Assembly: GCA_944390345.1 (NCBI GenBank)
Contig: CALXPP010000006.1
Coordinates: 3,353 to 67,352 of the forward strand
From: an uncultured Clostridia bacterium
Lineage (GTDB): Bacteria > Bacillota > Clostridia > TANB77 > CAG-508
Direction of reading: 5' to 3'
Length of the DNA stretch: 64,000 nt
Of the stretch, positions 10,203-19,836 are shown in pieces. The first letter of the stretch is position 1. Each line of letters starts with the position of its first letter. The notes beneath the pieces are model-generated. The model did no database searches, was not told where the DNA came from, and worked only from the letters and a program-made list of their open reading frames with translations. A program made the translations under genes and the position numbers.

Positions 10203-10685
10203 TTATCTATGATATGTTTCTCCAGAAGAAATTTTAAAAGCTCTAAAAAGTTGTTCTAAAAGGAAAATTCTTATTAATTGATGCGGAAAAGTCATTTTAG
10301 AAAAACATATTTTTTCTTTTGATCTATCTAAAATTTCTTTTCCTATTCCTAATGTACCACCTATTACAAATGTAATTGAACTATTTCCCTGAAGTTTAAT
10401 TTCTTCGATTTTCTCAGAAAATTCTTCTGAGGTATATTGTTTTCCTTTTAAGTCCAAACAAACTAAATATGTTTCTTTTTTTATTTGGTCTAACATTTTT
10501 CTTGCTTCTTTATCTTTAATATTTTCTATAATATTTTCACTTAATTTATCTGGAACAGCTTCATCTTGAACTTCTACAATATTTAAATTACAGTATTTAG
10601 AAAGTCTTTTAGTATATTCTTTTATAGCATCTTTTAAATAATTTTCTTTTATTTTTCCTACACATAAAATATTTATATTAAGCAT
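10203..10685 (-). CDS. rlmH: 23S rRNA (pseudouridine1915-N3)-methyltransferase
   Basis: MLNINILCVGKIKE..YLKDAI.EY.KRL and the C-terminal GETYHR are classic SPOUT RlmH features. The start is at the ATG at 10683-10685, behind GGAGA. Confidence 0.9.
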   Translation of the reverse strand: MLNINILCVGKIKENYLKDAIKEYTKRLSKYCNLNIVEVQDEAVPDKLSENIIENIKDKEARKMLDQIKKETYLVCLDLKGKQYTSEEFSEKIEEIKLQGNSSITFVIGGTLGIGKEILDRSKEKICFSKMTFPHQLIRIFLLEQLFRAFKISSGETYHR

Positions 10686-10757
10686 TTTTATCTCCAATAA
10701 TTTTAATTTTCTAATACTTATATAAAATATCATATTTTTATGTAAAATTCAAATACT

Positions 10758-13700
10758 TTATTCTGTATAGCTATTCCATTTTAATTTCTTTAGTTCACTA
10801 GTGTCTGAAAAATTATTTCCAGAAATATTTAATTGAGTTAATTTATTTTTGTTTAAATTTTTTAGTACATCAATATTATTAAATGAAAAATAGTAATTTT
10901 CTATTGCATTATTTGAAAGATTCAAATTTTGTAAATTTGTAAGATTATTTAGTGGTGTTAAATTAGAAATATTATTGTTTGATAAATTTAAAGTTTTTAA
11001 ATTACTTAATACTGATATACTACTTATATCTGCTATATTATTTGATGAAAGATTAAGATTTTCAATATTTGCTAATATTGTTAAATCTCCTAAATTTCCT
11101 ATACTACTATTATTTATATTTACTTCTTTTAAAGTGCTTACTTGTCTAATTCCATCTAATGAATTTATGTTTGAATTTGATATTGAAATAGTCCTTAAAT
11201 TAGTCAATGTATTAAGCTCTATTGTATCCACATCTGTACAATTATTAATAGTTATACTTTGCAAGTTCGGTATATCCACTGTAGTTATTATTTTATTTAA
11301 ATTACCAGAGTCCTTAAAGCTTATTTGCTTTATATTTGAACTTTTTAAATTTGTTAAATCTAAGATAGTATTACTAAAAAAATGCATTTGTGAGAAAAAA
11401 ATACTTAACTCCTTATTTTTATTATTAATAATCGTAGAAAAAATACTTTCTATCTCTTCTTCGCTCTGTGAATTATATGATAAACTAATCTCCGATAAAT
11501 TTTCACATAACGAGAAATCAACCATACCATTTCCACCATCTGCTTTGTATGATTTTAATGATTTTGGAAATTTCATATTCCATCTTACTGAACAGACATT
11601 AACTTGTGTCAAGTTTGTAAGATTTGATAGGTTTAAGTCAATATTTGTTACATTTCCATCTCCATATGTTGCTATTGAAGTAAGATTTGTACAATCTTCT
11701 AGTTGTTTTACTAATGAAGCTGTACCTAATTTTATTCCGTTTTTAGTTCCATACCAATATCTACTGTATATTTCATTCATAGCTGTTTGAATATTTTTTA
11801 GTTTAATATTGTCATTATCTATATATAATTCTGCTATTTCTAACTTTTTTTCCTTAGCTAAATTTTCTAGTACACTTAAATCACTTAGACTAGAACAGCC
11901 TCTTATATCTAAATACCATAATTCTGGCATACTTTTAATAAAATTAATTGTTGCTAAATTTGGATTATCTATTGTTAATTTTTTTATTTTTGTACAAGTT
12001 CTTAAAACATTTTCTATATCTTCATTTGTTAATTTATCATTTCCATTTAAATTCAATTCCAAAATACTCTCATTATTAGTTAACAAAGAAAATTGTTCTG
12101 AAGTTAAATTATAGTTAGATAAGTCACACTTAGCTTGTTCTAGAAAAACTAATGAATATTTTTTATCTAAAGAATAGTTTGTTTCACAAGCTAAAATTAT
12201 ATTTTTTATTAAAACTATATCAGATTCATATATAGCTGTATTTCCTGCTAAATACAAATATCTAATTTGCATACAAGTTTGTAATGTGTTTACATTTTTC
12301 AATGCATTTTCTCTTTGTGAACTCAAAGAAAGATATTGTACATTACTGCCTTCTAAAGCTGAAATATCTGAAATTTTACAATATGAAGCTCTAATTTCTG
12401 TAAGATTTGTACAATTATCATTATATTCAATACCTGCTAAGCTAGTTAAATTAGGATTATTTTTTATACTTAAAATTTTTAAACTGTTGTTACCCTTAAG
12501 ACCTTCTATACTTAATAAATTACAATTTTGAGCGTAAAAATTTATTAAATTTAGATTTTCTAATCCATTTAAATTAGTTAAATTAGAGTTATTTGCAACA
12601 GTTAAATATTGTAAACCTGTAAACTTAGATAGCGCACTTAATCCCCCATTATCTGTTAAATTATTATTGTTTAGATACATATACTTAATTGCACCTTTTG
12701 TTGTATCTGATATATTTTCAAGTCCAGATATATCTGTTAATCCAGATGTTTTATCAACTCCAAAATCTCTCAAACTATCTGTATCAACATAAGTATCTTC
12801 TCTAATTCCTTTACTTGAATCCCAAGTTTTTTCTAATACATCATATCCAAAAATTCCAAATTTTCTTAATTCTGTTAATCCGAGATTCTTTTAACCCATT
12901 TCCTAATTTTTCTATTTGATTATTACAATCAAAACTTGCACTTTCTAAATTTATATATAGTTCTTCCAATTTTAATGCATCTTTTAAATAAGCATAATCT
13001 TGAATTTCTGTATTTTGCAAATATATATAATTTAATAAAGTACATGATTGTATTCCATCTAAATTATTTAAATTCAAATTTTTTAGAGTAACTTTTTTAA
13101 GCTTAGTTAACTCCGAAATTCCAGATAAAGATGTTATATTATTTTTGCTACCATCTAAAATTATTTCCTTTATTCCACTTACATTTCCTGCTGTTATTCC
13201 TAAGCTTTCATCTACTTCAATACCCATATCTTTTAAAATGTCAGTTATAGCTTCTTTCATTTCTGGGTTTGAATTTAATTTTGGTAATACAGTATTTGGA
13301 TCTATTTCTAAATCACTAATTGTGCCAAGTACATTATCAGTACCATCTTCACAATAGAAAACTCTTAAATCTTCTGTTACTCCATAAACATCTATTAACC
13401 TTATATATTTGGCATATTCTGTTGTATCGCCATTTTTTAATTGCATTTTTACATCATTTGGTAAAGCTTGTTTATTTATTAAATAATACATTTTACCATT
13501 ATAGGTTATATAGTTTTTTGTACCATCTTTTAAACAAAGATTTCCTATTTTATCTGACAATAATTCTATTTTATTTGTATATTCACTTTCTTCTCCATAA
13601 TATTTTACATATTCTGTTTGTAAATATTCTTCTAAAGCTACTATTCCTTGCATTACACTAGCATTTTGAGCTTGTGTAATTATTCCATTTTCGCCAATTG

Positions 13701-13816
13701 TCGCATTTAAACTTACTCCAGCTAAAATTAGCATTACAATTATAGAAATTACTAGAGCTATTAGAGTTATTCCGTTTTCTTTGCTTTAAATCTTTAAATG
13801 ATTTTCTTTCGTTCAT
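10758..13816 (-). pseudogene. large leucine-rich-repeat surface protein with a prepilin-like N-terminal leader, broken by two frameshifts
   Basis: Three consecutive ORFs make up the gene. The ATG at 13814-13816 follows AGGAGGA and encodes MNERKSFKDLKQRK. The next frame reads NGITLIALVISIIVMLILAGV.., and the frames switch near 13770-13776. The second switch is near 12890-12900 (..EKLGNGLK / NLGLTELRKFGIFGYD..). The rest is ~22-aa LxxLxLxxNxI LRR units. Confidence 0.75.
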
Positions 13817-14001
13817 TTTGCTTTTCCTCCTAAGTTTTTTATTTAAGTTGGAGAAAAGAAAAACTCTTTTCTCCTTCAATCCATAAAAACAAATGCAACT
13901 TTTCTAAAAATTTTATTTAGAAAATTGGAAACATTCCAATAGCCACTTTTGTTTCTTAAAAGAAAACCATTTTAAGTTTCTTATATATTTTAAACAACAC
14001 A

Positions 14002-14028
14002 AATAGCACTATAAAATATAGTGCTATT
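14002..14028 (-). terminator. perfect 12-bp hairpin
   Basis: aatagcactata-aaa-tatagtgctatt. On the minus strand it is followed by TTTGTGTTGTTT. It would end transcription of the sigma-factor operon. Confidence 0.4.
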
Positions 14029-14103
14029 ATCAATATTTTCTTAAACTTTTGCTTAAAATATTTACTATCATTAGACTTCCTCTTTGTATTTTATTTTATG
14101 GAT

Positions 14104-14130
14104 TATCTTTAAGTATTGTACTTAAAGATA
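14104..14130. repeat. hairpin repeat with core CTTTAAGTA-ttg-TACTTAAAG
   Basis: tatctttaagta-ttg-tacttaaagata. It shares its core with the hairpins at 8879-8911 and 14270-14300. Confidence 0.55.
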
Positions 14131-14226
14131 AAATAAAAAGACATGAAAGTATATCTATATATACCTTTACATGTCTTTTCTTATTTTTAAAGTATTAAAT
14201 TTTTTTATTAAATTTAATTTTTATTG

Positions 14227-14255
14227 TTGACTTTAATTATTAGCAATGTTAGAAT
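14227..14255 (+). promoter_or_regulatory. orphan sigma-A-like promoter
   Basis: TTGACT (14227-14232), 17 nt, then TGtTAGAAT (-10 at 14250-14255). It points at the hairpin at 14270-14300, and there is no plus-strand ORF behind it. Confidence 0.35.
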
Positions 14256-14269
14256 TTCATTAACAAAGT

Positions 14270-14308
14270 AGAAACTTTAAGTACAATACTTAAAGTTTCT
14301 ATTTTTTT
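14270..14308 (+). terminator. hairpin repeat (core CTTTAAGTA-caa-TACTTAAAG) plus T7 tract
   Basis: agaaactttaagta-caa-tacttaaagtttct, then atttttttat. Confidence 0.55.
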
Positions 14309-14330
14309 ATATTCTTGTTTTTTATATATT

Positions 14331-15380
14331 TTAAATATTATTATCTTCTAAAATCTTTGTTATATCTGAAAGAATTGTCCATTCTGGTGCAAATACTAAA
14401 TCTTTTCTTCCGGATAAGTTATTGTATTTTACTAAAGTATATTCTTCATAATCATATTCTACACTACCGCCATCACTATATTCTCCACCTGTACAAACTC
14501 CATACTCAATATCTGTTTGGGCTTGACTAAGTATATCTTCTATTGTAATTACTTTGTTTTTTAGAGCATCTGCAAGACTATATACCATATCTCCTTCTAA
14601 TACGATATTTACATCTCCTCCTATTGTATATATATTAAAATCTTGATTTTCTAAAGTATTTTTCTCTAAGATGGTATCTATTCCCATATCTTTTCTTCCA
14701 TTAAAGTTTATTTCTATATTTCTTTTATAATCTGTTTCACTTAGTAAATATCCACATATTTGTATATCTTCAGCATTGTTTTTTTGAAGTACAATATTAA
14801 TTACTTCTCTGCCCATCTCATCCTTTTTATATTTTCTGACTATTTTATAATCTAGCCAAGAATACTCTTTACTAGATACATTTTTTTCTGCTGCATATCT
14901 ATCTCTAGTGCTGTCAGTTGTTATTATAATTTTTGAATTGTTTACTATTTCTGATTCTGTATTTCCTAATTTTTTTAAAGAGACTGTTTCTATTATTGGA
15001 TCTCCTTCTGTTGTATACATTACTATTTTAATTTCTGCTTCATTTTCTAAACCTTCCAAGTTTTTATCTTTAACACGATTTACAAAATTATCTAGCTTTG
15101 TAAAATTATATATTTTATCGTGAACTATAACAACAGAATCAAAAAATTCACTAGGAATTTCTTCTGCTCTCATCTTTTCAATTTCTTGTTCCTCTACACT
15201 AGCTTCTTCTACTAAATTATTTTCTGCTATATTTTCTACATTAGGAGTATTTAAATTAGAATTATTTTCTGTTTCAATATTTTTTTGTTCCATATAATTA
15301 TTTATGCTTACAAAACCTGCCCAAAGGATAAATATTATAAATATTAAAACCAAAATTACTATAAAAATTTTCTTTCTCAT
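14331..15380 (-). CDS. membrane-anchored protein, DUF4362-like N-domain (tentative)
   Basis: Single N-terminal TM. The block DSVVIVHDKIYNFTKLDNFVNRV..IKIVMYTTEGDPI resembles DUF4362 as I recall it. The C-terminal half is paralogous to the next gene (LEKNTLENQDFxxYTxGGDV). Confidence 0.55.
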   Translation of the reverse strand: MRKKIFIVILVLIFIIFILWAGFVSINNYMEQKNIETENNSNLNTPNVENIAENNLVEEASVEEQEIEKMRAEEIPSEFFDSVVIVHDKIYNFTKLDNFVNRVKDKNLEGLENEAEIKIVMYTTEGDPIIETVSLKKLGNTESEIVNNSKIIITTDSTRDRYAAEKNVSSKEYSWLDYKIVRKYKKDEMGREVINIVLQKNNAEDIQICGYLLSETDYKRNIEINFNGRKDMGIDTILEKNTLENQDFNIYTIGGDVNIVLEGDMVYSLADALKNKVITIEDILSQAQTDIEYGVCTGGEYSDGGSVEYDYEEYTLVKYNNLSGRKDLVFAPEWTILSDITKILEDNNI

Positions 15381-15443
15381 ACCTTCACCTTTGCCCTTTC
15401 TATTATTTAGACAAATTGGCTACTATATTTTGTTGGTAAATTT

Positions 15444-16499
15444 TTATTTAATTTTAGATGCCTCTAACAAATCATTTATCTCATTTAAATCTTTTTTGCC
15501 AAAAGTTATTACTAAATCTCTCTCATAATCAAAACTATTATCTTTAGTTACTAGACTGTTATATTTAGCTACTGAAAAATTACTATATTGACAAACAGAG
15601 CTTCCTCCATCAGCATAAACAAGTCTTCTACATAGTCTATATTTTTCATCAATATAGCCTTGCTCTACTATATTCTGTTCGGTAATAAGCTTATTTTTTA
15701 AAGCCTTCTCTAAAGTATATTCTTGGTTATCTATGTTTACTGTAACATCTCCTCCAAAAGTATATACTCCAAAATCTTGATTTTCTAAAGTATTTTTTTC
15801 TAGTACGATATCTAAATTCATATCATTTCTCGCATTAAATTCAAAGTCTACTACTTTTTCTTTTGAATAATCTGTATTACTTAGATCATATTCACATATT
15901 GGAATTAATTTTCGATTTTCTCCCATATTCCAACTTCCTTCACCTAAGTAAAGCTTAATATGTGCATCTCCATCTAGTTTTGTAGTTACATCAGATTCTA
16001 TAAGGTAATGATATACCTCATATTCTTCACTAGTTACAATTCTTTCTTCTTTTAAAAGCATTGTATTTTTTGTATTATCCTCTGTGATTATATACTTTTC
16101 ATAGTATGGATATTCATCATTAACAGGCTTTGCCACAATATTTTTTACTACTGGCTCTTTATTTTTATTGAATTCTACTATTTGTATTTCCTTATCTTCT
16201 AAAGCTCCTGCTTCTTCATTATGTCCATATTCAATATAGTAAAAGAAATCAATTACTTTTTGAGCATTATAAGTAATTCCATCGAGTGTTACTACGGAAT
16301 TATAATATTCTTTTGGAATACCAGCTTCTTTCATTTTTTCTTCTTTGCTAAGATTTTCTTCTGTGTTATTTACATTGGCTATTTGGTTATTAGTAAAATT
16401 TGCTTCTTGATTTATTCTATTTATTACAACAATTCCAGCCAAGATTACTAATACAAGACAAATAAAAATGGCAATCAATAGTAAAGTTTTTCTCTTCAT
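15444..16499 (-). CDS. membrane-anchored protein, paralog of 14331-15380
   Basis: Same architecture and the same conserved C-terminal blocks (VLEKNTLENQDFGVYTFGGDV, YADGGS). Confidence 0.55.
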   Translation of the reverse strand: MKRKTLLLIAIFICLVLVILAGIVVINRINQEANFTNNQIANVNNTEENLSKEEKMKEAGIPKEYYNSVVTLDGITYNAQKVIDFFYYIEYGHNEEAGALEDKEIQIVEFNKNKEPVVKNIVAKPVNDEYPYYEKYIITEDNTKNTMLLKEERIVTSEEYEVYHYLIESDVTTKLDGDAHIKLYLGEGSWNMGENRKLIPICEYDLSNTDYSKEKVVDFEFNARNDMNLDIVLEKNTLENQDFGVYTFGGDVTVNIDNQEYTLEKALKNKLITEQNIVEQGYIDEKYRLCRRLVYADGGSSVCQYSNFSVAKYNSLVTKDNSFDYERDLVITFGKKDLNEINDLLEASKIK

Positions 16500-16539
16500 C
16501 TTTAGTTTTCCCCTTTTATAATTTTTATAATATTTTATA

Positions 16540-17544
16540 TTAATTTTTATCTCTTTTATTATTTTTTTGTGATTTTATAAATAATACTAAAAATACTATT
16601 GTTAGTACAAAAAATACTGTACATGCAAAAAGATATGAATTTGTCGTTTCAACAAAAGCAAAGCTATTGCTAGTTTGTGTTTCACCAGATGAAGTCTCTT
16701 TTTCAGTAGCATTTTCTAATACATTATTTAATATTTCGTTAGTATTAGTAATTTCATTTATTACATTATTTTCTGTAGCTAAACTATTTTCCACACTATT
16801 TCTTTCTTCATTTTCTTCTGAATTACTTTTGGTTTCATTTGTAGCAGTATCTTGAAGTTCATTTTTTTGAGTTTCTTCATTTTCTTCTAAAATTTCGTTT
16901 GTTTGCATTGTATTTGTTGTTTTGTTTGTTGCAATTTGAGAACTTTCCTCTTTTCCAGAAGCTCTATCTTTTAAAGAAGATTTCAAATACAATACTAATG
17001 TAATTGCAAACATTGACATATTAGCAAGAAATAATCTTAATGTTCTTATAGATTTATAATAATACCATTGTACAGTAGATACTTTCATATCTAAAAGATT
17101 TGCAATTTCCTTAAAAGTAAATTCTCCCAAAATTTTTAACGAAATAATTTCTTGTTCTTTAATTGGTAAATTATATATTAGATTTTCAAATCTTTCTTTT
17201 TCTATAATTTTATCTATCTCATTTCTATCATCTTGAAGTTCATATATTTCACTTAAGTTTATTTGCGGCCTTTTAGCTTTAATAAAATTAATTGCAGAAT
17301 TTTTTGTTACTGAATATATCCAAGTAGTTTCATTATAACTTGGTAATTTTTGATCATCTAATTTATATATTTTTACAAAAATTTCTTGCACTAAATCTTT
17401 ACTGTCTTCTTCGTTTTTCAAAAAAGTAAAAGCGATTTTATATACCAAAGTTTTTGAAGCATTATAAAAATTTTCAAAATTTTCATCGGTTCTTTCTTTT
17501 TTCCATTTTTGAAATAAAGCTCTTATTTTTTCTTTGTTTTCCAT
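16540..17544 (-). CDS. ECF-type sigma-70 family factor fused to two TM segments and a low-complexity linker
   Basis: Region 2 (DLVQEIFVKIYK.. WIYSVTKNSAINFIK) and region 4 (LPIKEQEIISLKILGEFTFKEIANLLDMKVSTVQWYYYKSIRTL) are followed directly by TM1 (MSMFAITLVLYL). Next comes a ~110 aa N/E/T-rich segment, then TM2 (LFACTVFFVLTIVFLVLFI) and a basic tail. Confidence 0.75.
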   Translation of the reverse strand: MENKEKIRALFQKWKKERTDENFENFYNASKTLVYKIAFTFLKNEEDSKDLVQEIFVKIYKLDDQKLPSYNETTWIYSVTKNSAINFIKAKRPQINLSEIYELQDDRNEIDKIIEKERFENLIYNLPIKEQEIISLKILGEFTFKEIANLLDMKVSTVQWYYYKSIRTLRLFLANMSMFAITLVLYLKSSLKDRASGKEESSQIATNKTTNTMQTNEILEENEETQKNELQDTATNETKSNSEENEERNSVENSLATENNVINEITNTNEILNNVLENATEKETSSGETQTSNSFAFVETTNSYLFACTVFFVLTIVFLVLFIKSQKNNKRDKN

Positions 17545-17573
17545 CTTTTACCTCTAAATATTTAATATATATT

Positions 17574-17603
17574 AAAAGAATAGATACCTATATCTATTCT
17601 TTT
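17574..17603 (-). terminator. 13-bp hairpin downstream of the HD-domain gene
   Basis: aaaagaatagata-ccta-tatctattctttt, with a T/A-rich flank on the minus strand. Confidence 0.5.
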
Positions 17604-17636
17604 AATTATTAATAAACAATAGGCTTTTCTTCCTAT

Positions 17637-19715
17637 CTATATTCCATTAGTTTGATTATTTTGTGGTAAATTTTCAATACTTCTTGCCGTTTGTATAACA
17701 TTTCCTACATTTTTTATAGCTGTGTTATTCTCATTATTTTCCTTTTCTAATTCTTCTTTTGCAATTTGTCTACCTATCATAACCTTAGATAATCTTGCTT
17801 TTGCAGCCGCCGCAGAATTTTCTTCGGAATTGCTCTCTTCTTTAGAACCACCACGCAATTTATCAAAAATTTTTATAGCCTTAGATAAAAGTGTACTTTT
17901 ATCTTCTATTCTAATTAAAGCAAAGGCTTTCTTCTTTTCTTGTTCTTGCTCTAAAATTTTTTCATGAGTTAGTATATCTTCTACTCTAGACTCTGCAAAA
18001 GTCTCTGCAAGTAAATATGAAAATAAAGTTTCAAATAAATTCCAATTCATAAAAGCTATATTTATCATTTTCTTAGAAACTTCATTTTCTAGATTTAATG
18101 GATTTAAATCATACAAACGAACTTTTTCTAATTCATCTATATCTTTAAAATATAAAAGCAATTTCTTATATTTACTTTTTTTAGTTTCTGGCAAACTTTC
18201 TATAACTTCTTCATTTTTCTTTTTGTCTTCAGAATGTTGAACTATTAAAAATTTTATAAATTCTTTATCTTCTTCTGAAAAATTGTCTAATTCATGTTTT
18301 AGTCTTGAAATACTATTTTTACCATGTTCTCTATCTTTTTCATCATTTTTTATTCCTATATCATGATATTTTGCACTTGCAATTAAAATTTTTGTTTCTT
18401 GCTCGGATAATTTTTCTATATTAGCTAATATTGCCACTTCTAACATTGCTCTTTTAGTGTGAGCAATTCCATAGTCTCCTACTGGTAGAAATAGTTCTTT
18501 ATCGTAATCTATATCTTCAATTTCTTCTAATATATAGTTTATTTTTTTATTTTCTATTAACTTATCTATTTCATCAAATAAATCATATTGTTCATTATAA
18601 TTTAAATAAAATTTATTATATTTAAATTTATTTTTTTCATATTGATCTCTGCTCTTTTTCATGTTGCTATTTGCTTTAACATATTCTCTACGATTTTCTC
18701 TAAAAGCTTTTAATAAAATTTCTCTAATATCTTCTAGTTTATTAAATTTTAGTTTTATATCTGTTTTTCTATTGTTTATACTTTCTATTCCTTTTACTTC
18801 AAAGTTTGAAGGTGGAAGCAATATATCATTTTCACTATTTTCTTTATCTTGTATCTGGTTAAGTAAAACAAAAGGTGTTCCTTTTGGAATAATTAAATGA
18901 TAAAAAACAGAATTTTGATAATTTTCTTCTTTTTCTGTTAATGATGCTTCTATAAAAGATGTAAAAGAAACTTCTTGGTTTTCGTTTAATTCTTTTAAAA
19001 TGCCTTCTGCAGATTTGTGTAAAACTATAGCTTTTCTTAGTGGTCTTAGTTCTTTAAAAGCCTTTTCTAACTGCAAAACAGTATCTACTAAATCATTGTT
19101 TATTTCACAATTTTTTAATGTTTTATTTTTGCTATCTCCAAGCTCTAGAAATTCTGAAAGTAATTCACTATAATTTTCTGAATAATTTTTAAAACTAGCT
19201 ATTTGTGAAGAATCTAATTTTTGTATGCCTAAAACTAAAGTTGCAACATCATTTATAAGACCTGAATCTAATTCCTCAAAATTAAAATCTAAAGCTTCAT
19301 ATTTTTTACCTTTCTTTATTGCTTTAGCATAAAACTGTTTTATTAATCTTTTATTTGGAGTTAATATTGTTCCATCTATTCTTACATCTTTTGTGCTTAC
19401 TACAAAACAATCGTAAATATTGCCTAAAGCATTAACCCTAACTTTTTCATCTTCTTCATTTGTATTTTGATATGTAATTCGTGGCTTTTCATTTTTATTT
19501 TGTTGTTTATTTTCTATACATTTGCTAGCAATATTTAAATTTATATTTCTAATGAATTTCTGTGTTTCTTCTTCGTTTGGCACAAAACATATATGCTTTT
19601 CATCTATAAGAATAGCAAATTGTTCTTCATATTTAAAAACATTTAATATGCTTTTGTAAAATATATTCATTTGCTTTATATTCTTAATATTAGTTAAATT
19701 ATATATTTTAGCCAC
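17637..19715 (-). CDS. multidomain protein with an ADP-ribosyltransferase-like central region and an HD phosphohydrolase domain
   Basis: HD motifs are AHTKRA, KYHDIG and QHSED (about nt 18216-18473). The ART-like block is VLHKS..SFTSF..HLIIPKGTPFVLL..SENDILLPPSNFEV (about nt 18771-19043). Confidence 0.6.
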   Translation of the reverse strand: MAKIYNLTNIKNIKQMNIFYKSILNVFKYEEQFAILIDEKHICFVPNEEETQKFIRNINLNIASKCIENKQQNKNEKPRITYQNTNEEDEKVRVNALGNIYDCFVVSTKDVRIDGTILTPNKRLIKQFYAKAIKKGKKYEALDFNFEELDSGLINDVATLVLGIQKLDSSQIASFKNYSENYSELLSEFLELGDSKNKTLKNCEINNDLVDTVLQLEKAFKELRPLRKAIVLHKSAEGILKELNENQEVSFTSFIEASLTEKEENYQNSVFYHLIIPKGTPFVLLNQIQDKENSENDILLPPSNFEVKGIESINNRKTDIKLKFNKLEDIREILLKAFRENRREYVKANSNMKKSRDQYEKNKFKYNKFYLNYNEQYDLFDEIDKLIENKKINYILEEIEDIDYDKELFLPVGDYGIAHTKRAMLEVAILANIEKLSEQETKILIASAKYHDIGIKNDEKDREHGKNSISRLKHELDNFSEEDKEFIKFLIVQHSEDKKKNEEVIESLPETKKSKYKKLLLYFKDIDELEKVRLYDLNPLNLENEVSKKMINIAFMNWNLFETLFSYLLAETFAESRVEDILTHEKILEQEQEKKKAFALIRIEDKSTLLSKAIKIFDKLRGGSKEESNSEENSAAAAKARLSKVMIGRQIAKEELEKENNENNTAIKNVGNVIQTARSIENLPQNNQTNGI

Positions 19716-19836
19716 TTATTTTTCTCCTTTTTATCCTTCTAGTTAATTTATATCCTACTTCAAAAATATATTTATATTATACAACATAGGCTTCCTTTTT
19801 AAAAGTACTTTTTTTAATGTAACAAAAATGTAACAT

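Noticed and set aside
10975-12531. Long plus-strand ORFs (271, 101 and 81 aa) opposite the LRR gene.
   Set aside because: Repetitive LRR coding sequence gives stop-poor antisense frames. There is no SD, and the products are low-complexity.
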